DNA from: a virus
Taxonomy: Duplodnaviria > Caudoviricetes
Reading direction: 5' to 3' (one strand)
DNA length: 33,359 bases
IMG/VR virus record: IMGVR_UViG_3300032053_000290
Location: 1-33,359 of that record
Shown: one piece after another, positions 26,518 through 33,359 of the stretch
Layout: each line of letters opens with the position of its first letter
How positions within the stretch are numbered: position 1 is the first letter of the stretch
Translations under genes and position numbers: made by a program
Notes under the pieces: generated by a model
What the model was told of the DNA's origin: nothing
The model's input: the letters and a program-made list of their open reading frames with translations, nothing else
The model's database searches: none

Positions 26518-27720
26518 ATGGCTGTATCAGATCAAAATAGAGTACGGTTTCCTGGAAGCGGATCATCTGTATCTGGAAGTACCGCATTTGGTGCATACGA
26601 TTCCGATCCAATGTTCCAAGCAGATTGCTACGCATCTATGATATGGGCATCACGTCGCCTCGGTTATCCCATCGTAGATATAGAAATGATAGATATTAAC
26701 TTTTATTCCGCTTTTGAAGAAGCAACTAATGTTTACAATGCAAAAATTAATGAATATAACATGGTCAATAACATGTTGGCATTACAAGGTCAGCGAATTG
26801 ATACGCTTACTGACCTTCAGAATAGAGCAGTAACCGGAACTGGACTCCCCTTTATAACAGTGCTCGCTCGTGATTATGGAACAGAAGCCGGTACTGGCGG
26901 AACTGTTGATTGGAAGAAAAATTTCATACAAGTAGAAGCAGGAGTTCAGGATTATGATGTCCAAGCACTTCTAGGAGATGTATCGGAAAGCTGTTCCCGC
27001 ATTACAGTTCGCCGTATATTCCATGATAGACCCCCCGCTTCGGCACGTATTTATGATCCATTTTCTATGACTGGTATGAGTTATTCCAATGTCTTAAATG
27101 AATTAGGATTCGGCGCATACTCTCCAGCAGTTCAATTCTTAATGACTCCTATTTTTGAAGATTTATTGCGTATGCAAGCAATCGAGTTCAATGACTTAGT
27201 TAGAAAAAGTCAATATTCATTCCAATTGATAAATAATAAATTAAGATTATTTCCTATACCAACATATTCATATAAAGTATGGATTGAGTACACAAATGAT
27301 AATGATGTATTTGAAAGTGGTTCATTATCACCAGCTGGATCACGAGTTGTATCAGATTTCTCCAATGTACCTTACAAAAATCATGCATATTCTGACATAA
27401 ATGACCCAGGACGACAATGGATTAAAAATTATTTCCTTGCAATTTGTAAAGAAATTTTAGGTGGCATCCGCCAGAAATATCAAACCATACCAATACCCGG
27501 TGGAGAGATAACTTTGGATGGTGCCGAATTGAGATCCGAAGCCCAACAGGATAAGCAAACTCTAATAGATGATTTAAAAGAATTGTTAACAGCAGCTGGG
27601 AAATTTGCTCAATTAGAGAAGCAAGCAGCAGCTAATGCACAGACTCAGGAAATATTACGAAATGTTCCAATGTTCATATACATTGGAATTTGGATGTTGC
27701 TTATGTCATTAGTATTATAA
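26518..27720 (+). CDS. Neck / head-completion protein (T4 gp13-like)
   Basis: RRLGYPIVDIEM near the N-terminus; WIKNYFLAICKEILG..RQKY..IPIPGGEITLDG.EL..EA near the C-terminus. Confidence 0.8.
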   Translation: MAVSDQNRVRFPGSGSSVSGSTAFGAYDSDPMFQADCYASMIWASRRLGYPIVDIEMIDINFYSAFEEATNVYNAKINEYNMVNNMLALQGQRIDTLTDLQNRAVTGTGLPFITVLARDYGTEAGTGGTVDWKKNFIQVEAGVQDYDVQALLGDVSESCSRITVRRIFHDRPPASARIYDPFSMTGMSYSNVLNELGFGAYSPAVQFLMTPIFEDLLRMQAIEFNDLVRKSQYSFQLINNKLRLFPIPTYSYKVWIEYTNDNDVFESGSLSPAGSRVVSDFSNVPYKNHAYSDINDPGRQWIKNYFLAICKEILGGIRQKYQTIPIPGGEITLDGAELRSEAQQDKQTLIDDLKELLTAAGKFAQLEKQAAANAQTQEILRNVPMFIYIGIWMLLMSLVL

Positions 27721-28132
27721 TTCTAACTGATACTTTAAATTCCCACAGTCCCATATCCTATCCCATCCATTATTCTTCATATTCTCCCATTCTGTGAGAT
27801 TTGGGTCAAATACATTTAATTTTTTATTTAGAACATTCTTTCTAAATCCAAATCGGTGATATTTTTTATAATGATCCTTTGTATAGAAATAACTCGGCAA
27901 GGATTCTGATATAAATTTAAAATTTAAAGTTTTATATAGACTTCCGTCACTCCACCTTTTATCAGCGTACGATATTATTTTTTTAGGATTATATGTCTTT
28001 ATGAACTACCCATCCCCTAAAGGAGATGGGTTTTCTGCTCCCGCCAAGATAAAAAGTAGAAGAATAATCATACTTATCACCGTGAATTAATTTTGCTTTA
28101 GAAATGAATTCATCAAGACTTAGTTTCTTCAT
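27715..28132 (-). pseudogene. Internally deleted, frameshifted homing-endonuclease-type gene
   Basis: 5' part from ATG 28132: MKKLSLDEFISKAKLIHGDKYDYS (start of a zinc-ribbon-type repeat). 3' part 28005-27715 in another frame: FIKTYNPKKIISYADKRWSDGSLY...HRFGFRK...TEWENM...RIWDCG. No nuclease domain between them. Confidence 0.75.
28003..28040 (-). mobile_element. IS200/IS605 (TnpB-type) right-end hairpin remnant
   Basis: Minus strand GAGCAGAAAACCCATCTCCTTTAGGGGATGGGTAGTTCA: GC-rich stem with TTTA loop followed by TAGTTCA, located exactly at the pseudogene break. Confidence 0.65.
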
Positions 28133-28253
28133 AATATCGTTCCATTCTTCGCCTTTTACATTTCTCTTGATTATTATAGTAATATTTCAAAGCCCAACTT
28201 CTTCGGGCATCTAATATTTCTTCTTTAGTTTTATATTTTCGTTTTCTTCCCAT
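28113..28253 (-). CDS. Small basic protein (46 aa) upstream of the endonuclease pseudogene
   Basis: Manual translation MGRKRKYKTKEEILDARRSWALKYYYNNQEKCKRRRMERYYEETKS; below the ORF-track cutoff; directly follows a strong promoter. Confidence 0.65.
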   Translation of the reverse strand: MGRKRKYKTKEEILDARRSWALKYYYNNQEKCKRRRMERYYEETKS

Positions 28254-28261
28254 AATAGATA

Positions 28262-28290
28262 AGTATAGAACAAAAAACATAAAACGTCAA
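28262..28290 (-). promoter_or_regulatory. Sigma70-type promoter TTGACG-N17-TATACT
   Basis: -35 at 28290-28285, -10 at 28267-28262, 17 nt spacer, 8 nt before ATG 28253. Confidence 0.75.
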
Positions 28291-28350
28291 GTTATTTTAT
28301 ATTCTTCATTACCTGAATAGGACTATATGTATAGATGTAGATTTAATATT

Positions 28351-28902
28351 ATGAAAACTCAAAAAAAACTATTCGAAAATGTAAACGGAAATTGCTTTAG
28401 GTTATTGACCGAAAGCATGGAATCACCACAATCTAATCTAGTACGTAGCGGCATTAAAAAAGTATTTGCCAATGCTAAAGGCAATGTTTCTTATAATATG
28501 GTGGAAAATGTAGGATTAGGATATATTAAAGATGTTTCCGAAGCTATAAAATGTGCTTTACAAGAAGCAAGAGAAGTAGCTAAAGAATTTGGATTTAAGG
28601 ATGATGAAAATTCCGAAAAATTCATAAAGACAGTAAATGAAGATGGTGGAATGTCAGCATATGATGTTGGAGGATTTGAAAATGATCAATTTCCAATGAC
28701 GCAATCAAAGCGAAAATCGTCATCCCATGATGAGACAGATATGTCTAATCCAGAAGAAAGTCGTGAAGTTCAAATTGCAAAAGAAATAAAACAGGCCGTA
28801 AATATTATTATAGGGAATGATGAAAATGTTCCTGGGTATGATCTATTAAATAAAATTCATGTATTGGCACAAGAACTTATTAAAATGCATGGTGGTAAAT
28901 AA
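28351..28902 (+). CDS. Hypothetical acidic protein, possible prohead core/internal protein
   Basis: Likely start MKTQKKLFEN at 28351; several hydrophobic-x-E sites (LFE, LTE, LQE, VNE); lies between neck genes. Confidence 0.55.
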   Translation: MKTQKKLFENVNGNCFRLLTESMESPQSNLVRSGIKKVFANAKGNVSYNMVENVGLGYIKDVSEAIKCALQEAREVAKEFGFKDDENSEKFIKTVNEDGGMSAYDVGGFENDQFPMTQSKRKSSSHDETDMSNPEESREVQIAKEIKQAVNIIIGNDENVPGYDLLNKIHVLAQELIKMHGGK

Positions 28903-28908
28903 TATCAT

Positions 28909-29376
28909 ATGAATGGAAGATATTTTTCAATAAGAGATGTTGCTCTAGTAAATTCTTTTAATGAAGAACTTCTTGAAGATATTATTCAGACTGAAGTAAC
29001 TATATTTAAATCTTGTGCGGATGTTACACAAACTAATATATACGGGGAAGTAAAATCTTCTGTAGGAAAAACATATTATCCAGGAATTGAAGTGGTTGCT
29101 TTAATTGATCGTGCCGAAATTGCTACGGATGCTGATGATTTTGGACCAGATCGTAAACAAAATGTAGTGTTTAAGTTCACCGAATTAAGATTAAAAACTG
29201 CAAATTTATTTCCTCAAACTGGAGACTTAGTACTGTTCAATGCTCGTTATCATCAAATTGACGATGTAGCACAAGAACAATTTTTAGGGGGAGTAGATGA
29301 TAAATCTTTATCAATTATAGTGAATACACATTATACTAGATTATCATCTATTGATTTAGTTAATAGACAATCTTAA
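28909..29376 (+). CDS. Neck / head-closure protein (T4 gp14-like)
   Basis: TNIYGE...FG...F......L.P..GDLV.FN..Y..I pattern; position between gp13-like and gp15-like genes. Confidence 0.65.
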   Translation: MNGRYFSIRDVALVNSFNEELLEDIIQTEVTIFKSCADVTQTNIYGEVKSSVGKTYYPGIEVVALIDRAEIATDADDFGPDRKQNVVFKFTELRLKTANLFPQTGDLVLFNARYHQIDDVAQEQFLGGVDDKSLSIIVNTHYTRLSSIDLVNRQS

Positions 29377-29384
29377 TATAAATT

Positions 29385-30548
29385 ATGCCATGGAAAGGAA
29401 ATTCTAATAATCCGGCTCCGAACAATGTTCATGAGCCGATTAATCGTTCAGAAAAGATTATTGCGGATAATCGTGAAAATCATGTACGAAGGGATACTGA
29501 TTCTCAGAAGGACATTACAATAAGTTTATATGATATTGATGAAACAATATTATTACAATTGGAACAATTCCAATTGCAAGTTCAGGATAGTGGAAAGCAG
29601 ATAAAGGTTCCAGTATTCTTTGGTTCACCTGAGAGATGGGTTGCGGCACAACGAGACGGGTATATGCGTGATAATCAAGGTAAAGTTATTTTACCTGCAA
29701 TAATTCTTAAGAGAACTAGTTCTGAAAAAGATGCATCTTTACAATATTTCAATAGGTATCTTAATTCATCTGTTATAAAGTTGTATTCTCATAAGAATCA
29801 ATATACCAAATTTAATGCTCTTTCTGGTGAAAATGCGCCAACTCATGAAGTGTATAACATGGTTTTTCCGAGTCATATGACATTAACATATCATTTTATT
29901 ATATGGACGGAATATATAGAACAAATGAATACTCTTGTAGAAACAATTCAATTTAATACAAAAGATTATTGGGGCAGCACTAAAGGATTTAGGTTTCGTA
30001 CTAAAGTAGATTCGTTTAGTCATACAGTTGAATTACAAGCAAATGAAGACCGTATTGTAAAAACCGAATTTGATTTAATAACACATGGATACATTCTTCC
30101 AGATACAATGACAAAACTGGAAAAACATCAATTGACTACTAACAAAGTATTTACTCCAAAGAAAATAATTATGGGAGCAGAAATTGTTGCTCCTGATTAT
30201 AACATGGAATTGCTCAATAATAACCGTGATAAATGGAGAAGTCCACTTTATCCTAATATACAATCAGATGTAGTCATAGATACTCCGAAAACTTCGGTGG
30301 TCGAAGGAACGTCTGACAAAACAATTGCCGGTCAAATATTAAATACACTTAGATCATATACTCCGACTACTCCTACCGAAGTCATTGCCGATTCAGTAAA
30401 TAATAATGTTCCATATTTAAGAATAGTTTCGCCTCCAGCATCTTTGGATGCATTTGGATATGATGGATATGTAGCATATGATGAAAGTTATTTCTATATC
30501 TATTCTAGTAATTCTTGGCGAAGAGTAGCAATTGCACAATTTGCATAA
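29385..30548 (+). CDS. Tail terminator / sheath stabiliser (T4 gp15-like) with C-terminal extension
   Basis: IKVPVFFGSPERW...LPAIILKR...P....LTY.F.IWT....QMN.LVE; C-terminal GYVAYDESYFYIY...WRRVAI module. Confidence 0.7.
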   Translation: MPWKGNSNNPAPNNVHEPINRSEKIIADNRENHVRRDTDSQKDITISLYDIDETILLQLEQFQLQVQDSGKQIKVPVFFGSPERWVAAQRDGYMRDNQGKVILPAIILKRTSSEKDASLQYFNRYLNSSVIKLYSHKNQYTKFNALSGENAPTHEVYNMVFPSHMTLTYHFIIWTEYIEQMNTLVETIQFNTKDYWGSTKGFRFRTKVDSFSHTVELQANEDRIVKTEFDLITHGYILPDTMTKLEKHQLTTNKVFTPKKIIMGAEIVAPDYNMELLNNNRDKWRSPLYPNIQSDVVIDTPKTSVVEGTSDKTIAGQILNTLRSYTPTTPTEVIADSVNNNVPYLRIVSPPASLDAFGYDGYVAYDESYFYIYSSNSWRRVAIAQFA

Positions 30549-30552
30549 TATT

Positions 30553-32304
30553 ATGTCATTATACGAAAAAGCAAAAGATTTATTTTTCCAACGACGAACT
30601 TCCAATGGAAAATTTGAAGAGTTTCCACTAATAGTTCAACCTAATAGTTTGCTGGGAACAGATTCTGGTAATAATTTAGTAATGATTTCCACCGCATCTC
30701 TCATTGTAATATCTTCATTAAGTTCATCCTATGTCACAGGATCAGAATCAATCATAGATAATTTACATTCTGTATTTATCACTTCAAGTGGAGGTATGGC
30801 TGTCGGTGGTTATAGTAATAATATACTTACGTCTAGTGTAGTTCAAATAGGTTATGGATTAAGTAATGGAAATAATATACCGAATGCTGTTCAAATAGGT
30901 TATCAAGCAGGACAAAATGCAGACACTTCCGAAGCTTCAATTCAAATAGGTTATCAAGCAGGACAAAATGCATCTCATTCAGATCTTTCAATTCAAATAG
31001 GTTATCAAGCAGGACAAAATGGAGTCGATTCAAAAGAAGCAATTCAAATAGGTTATAGAGCAGGATTGAATTCTTTGTCTGCACAAGATACAATTCAAAT
31101 AGGAAGTGAAGCAGGAGAAAATTCTACTAATGCAGGAGCGGCAGTACAAATTGGATGGAACGCAGGACGATATGCTACGATAGCAGACGGAGCAGTTCAA
31201 ATCGGATATAATGCAGGAAAAAATTCCGGCGAATCAGCTGGAGCAGTTCAAATCGGAGAGCGATCTGGCGAAAATGCAATTAAGTCAAGTTATGCAATAC
31301 AAATTGGACAAGATGCAGGACGATATGCACAAACAAGTAGTTATACCACTTTCATAGGAACTTCTGTCGATGCTCTATCCCCATTACTCAATGTAACCAA
31401 AAGTATTGCTCTTGGTTATAATGCAAGAGTGTCGGCGAGCAACACCGCCGTTATTGGTGGTACTGGAGTTGATGCAGTTAAGGTAACTATTGGCGGAACC
31501 AGTGCAGTCAATGTATTGGATGTCGTTGGGAATATAAGTGCATCAGTTATTACTGCGTCATTATTTTATGGTACCGCTTCATGGGCTTTAAATTCTCTTG
31601 GAGTAACTCCAGGAGGTTCTTATAATATTAGTGCCTCCTATGCTTCAGCATCTTTAAGTTCAATTTCTTCCTCGTACCTAAGTGGTAGCGTAGTAACTAA
31701 TAATATTACATCAAGCAATGGATTGATTGTATCAAATGGTAATGTAGGTATAAATGCTGTACCGACGGAGAAATTAACAGTTGGTGGTAATGTCAAATTA
31801 TATGATGGTGGTAATGACTTTAATATTTCAATTTTTGCCGGAGAGACTCAGAATGTCAAAATTGCCTCAAATGCAGATTCATTTCTTAATGGTGGTAAAT
31901 TAGGAATAGGTAAGACGGTTCCAGTAAATACATTAGATGTTGTAGGAAATATTTCTTGCTCAGTTATTACTGGGTCTTCGACAAATGGATTATTTGCAAA
32001 TGCGAATTTGAACATAGTAGGAACTACATTAAATATAGCGGCTACAAAAAACTTAACAGTTGCTAGAATTTCTATTGGTGAATATGGATGCACATTTCTT
32101 ACCCCCGCAATAAATACATTTTATAATGTTGCTTCCAATGGTATCAGTGCATCAGTTGCTCAAGCATTAACTACTCCAACTTCTAGCATAGGAGTATTTT
32201 TAAATCCCAAAACAAGCTCATTTACTATGTCATTTTGCAATATAAATACTACAGTTAGATCAGATGTAGTATCTGCTTCTATAATGGTATTTGGTGGATA
32301 TTAA
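30553..32304 (+). CDS. Tail-fibre/adhesin-like protein with 17-aa beta-roll repeats
   Basis: About ten (A/S)(V/I)QIG(Y/W)xAGxN repeats of YadA-head type, then GIG...P...LDVVGNI fibre motifs. ATG 30553 preferred over TTG 30532. Confidence 0.75.
   Translation: MSLYEKAKDLFFQRRTSNGKFEEFPLIVQPNSLLGTDSGNNLVMISTASLIVISSLSSSYVTGSESIIDNLHSVFITSSGGMAVGGYSNNILTSSVVQIGYGLSNGNNIPNAVQIGYQAGQNADTSEASIQIGYQAGQNASHSDLSIQIGYQAGQNGVDSKEAIQIGYRAGLNSLSAQDTIQIGSEAGENSTNAGAAVQIGWNAGRYATIADGAVQIGYNAGKNSGESAGAVQIGERSGENAIKSSYAIQIGQDAGRYAQTSSYTTFIGTSVDALSPLLNVTKSIALGYNARVSASNTAVIGGTGVDAVKVTIGGTSAVNVLDVVGNISASVITASLFYGTASWALNSLGVTPGGSYNISASYASASLSSISSSYLSGSVVTNNITSSNGLIVSNGNVGINAVPTEKLTVGGNVKLYDGGNDFNISIFAGETQNVKIASNADSFLNGGKLGIGKTVPVNTLDVVGNISCSVITGSSTNGLFANANLNIVGTTLNIAATKNLTVARISIGEYGCTFLTPAINTFYNVASNGISASVAQALTTPTSSIGVFLNPKTSSFTMSFCNINTTVRSDVVSASIMVFGGY
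30890..31125. repeat. 51-bp period coding repeat
   Basis: ttcaaatagg core at 30890, 30941, 30992, 31043, 31094; ttcaaataggttatcaagcaggacaaaatg identical in the first three. Confidence 0.85.
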
Positions 32305-32359
32305 AATTAAGGTTTATATATCCCGAAATATGACTATGTACGATATTTATCTATAAGAT

Positions 32360-33358
32360 ATGTCATTTAACTCTACACCGGTACGTTTGGAAAGTGCATT
32401 TATTCAGAGAAATGCATCAAATTCCCTGTATGATCAGATAAATGTATCTGGTTCAGATTTAATTTTCTATCATGACTCAACTGGAAAGTTTACCGCAGAT
32501 AGAATATCAGTATGGGCAGCATTATACGGGATAGGAAGCGGAGGTTCTGGAGTAAATCCAGGAGGTTCTTATAATATCAGTGCATCCTATGCTTCAGCAT
32601 CTTTAAGTTCATCATATGCTTTAACAGCATCATATGCTCTAAATTCAAACGGAGTAAATCCAGGAGGTTCTTATAATATTAGTGCATCCTATGCTTCAGC
32701 ATCTTTAAGTTCATCCTATGCTTTAACAGCATCATATGCTCTAAATTCAAACGGAGTAAATCCAGGAGGTTCTTATAATATTACTGCTTCATATGCTTCA
32801 TCATCACTCACTTCATCATATGTCACAGGATCAGAATCAATCATAGATAATTTACATTCTTTATTTATTACATCCAGTGGAGGTATGGCTGTCGGTGGTT
32901 ATAGTCTCAATGTAATTGACTCGACTTCTATTCAAATAGGACATGATCTAAATAAAAATAATACTACCACTAATACAGTTCAAATTGGAAATCAAGCGGG
33001 ATATAATTCTAGTCTTTCATCACAAGCAGTTCAAATTGGATATTTAGTAGGATATAATTCTTCTATCGCAACTAATGCAGTTCAAATTGGAAATCAAGCA
33101 GGATATAATACTCTCAATGCTATTAATACAGTTCAGATTGGGTGCCTAGCAGGGCAAAATTCTACTCGTGCTAACAGCGCAGTTTATATCGGATATCAAG
33201 CAGGGCAAAATACAATAACTGGAAGTAATACCACTTTCATAGGATCAAATACAGATGCATTATCTCAATATTTAAATGTAACCAAAAGTATTGCACTTGG
33301 TTACAATGCTAAAGTATCTGCCAGCAACACCGCTGTTATTGGTGGAACCGGAGTGGAT
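32360..33358 (+). CDS. Second fibre/adhesin-like protein, paralogue of 30553..32304, 3' end outside the window
   Basis: Not in the ORF track. ATG 32360: MSFNSTPVRLESAFIQRNASNSLYDQINVSGSDL...VQIGNQAGYN repeats...LNVTKSIALGYNAKVSASNTAVIGGTGVD, open to the edge. Confidence 0.85.
   Translation, partial: MSFNSTPVRLESAFIQRNASNSLYDQINVSGSDLIFYHDSTGKFTADRISVWAALYGIGSGGSGVNPGGSYNISASYASASLSSSYALTASYALNSNGVNPGGSYNISASYASASLSSSYALTASYALNSNGVNPGGSYNITASYASSSLTSSYVTGSESIIDNLHSLFITSSGGMAVGGYSLNVIDSTSIQIGHDLNKNNTTTNTVQIGNQAGYNSSLSSQAVQIGYLVGYNSSIATNAVQIGNQAGYNTLNAINTVQIGCLAGQNSTRANSAVYIGYQAGQNTITGSNTTFIGSNTDALSQYLNVTKSIALGYNAKVSASNTAVIGGTGVD
32549..32783. repeat. 102-bp near-perfect tandem repeat, ~2.3 copies, in frame
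   Basis: ggagtaaatccaggaggttcttataatat starts at 32549, 32651 and 32753. Confidence 0.9.
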
Positions 33359-33359
33359 G

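Noticed and set aside
28006-28008. In-frame TAG as a sign of stop-codon recoding
   Set aside because: It lies within the transposon-end scar; all long genes are open in the standard code.
28008-28034. Hairpin followed by TTTT as a plus-strand intrinsic terminator
   Set aside because: Plus-strand stem has a C-A mismatch and a short T run; position at the pseudogene break and flanking TAGTTCA fit an IS end better. Incidental termination is possible.
30890-31125. 30-bp conserved unit with 21-bp variable gaps looks CRISPR-like
   Set aside because: Period of 51 bp is in frame within a long ORF, encodes QIGYQAGQN repeats that decay at synonymous sites, and no cas genes are present.
1-33359. tRNA, rRNA, diversity-generating retroelement or invertase systems
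   Set aside because: No cloverleaf-like or rRNA-like segments, no reverse transcriptase or recombinase motifs, and no adenine-specific repeat pair noticed. A by-eye scan could miss small RNAs.

Overview
AT-rich, gene-dense segment of a large myovirus-type (T4-like/jumbo) bacteriophage genome covering part of the virion morphogenesis region. Leftward (minus strand): tail sheath gene (runs off the left edge), a block of Ser/Thr-rich tail/fibre-type genes (2.6-15.5 kb) interrupted by a small plus-strand two-gene insert with a canonical sigma70-type promoter, then a ~10 kb tightly coupled array (16418-26359). In that array 13 consecutive, mostly unrelated genes all begin with the same ~10-residue leader MI(K/N)Lxx(L/I)(L/I/F)(x)E, and a 14th begins MFTYKNFFNEE. 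The leader resembles the T4 capsid-targeting sequence plus prohead-protease site. The cargo domains are host-manipulation enzymes: four ADP-ribosyltransferase-like folds, two GNATs, two 2H phosphoesterases (one Acb1-like), a CCA-adding/HD enzyme, ParB/Srx, Nudix, lysozyme and a degenerate zincin. My best hypothesis is a modular library of capsid-packaged, protease-matured effectors injected with the DNA. Rightward (plus strand): neck/head-completion genes (gp13-, gp14-, gp15-like), a homing-endonuclease pseudogene scarred by an IS200/IS605-type end hairpin, and two paralogous beta-roll fibre genes (the last runs off the right edge). No tRNA, rRNA or CRISPR array was seen. All family assignments are by-eye motif recognition; no searches were run.
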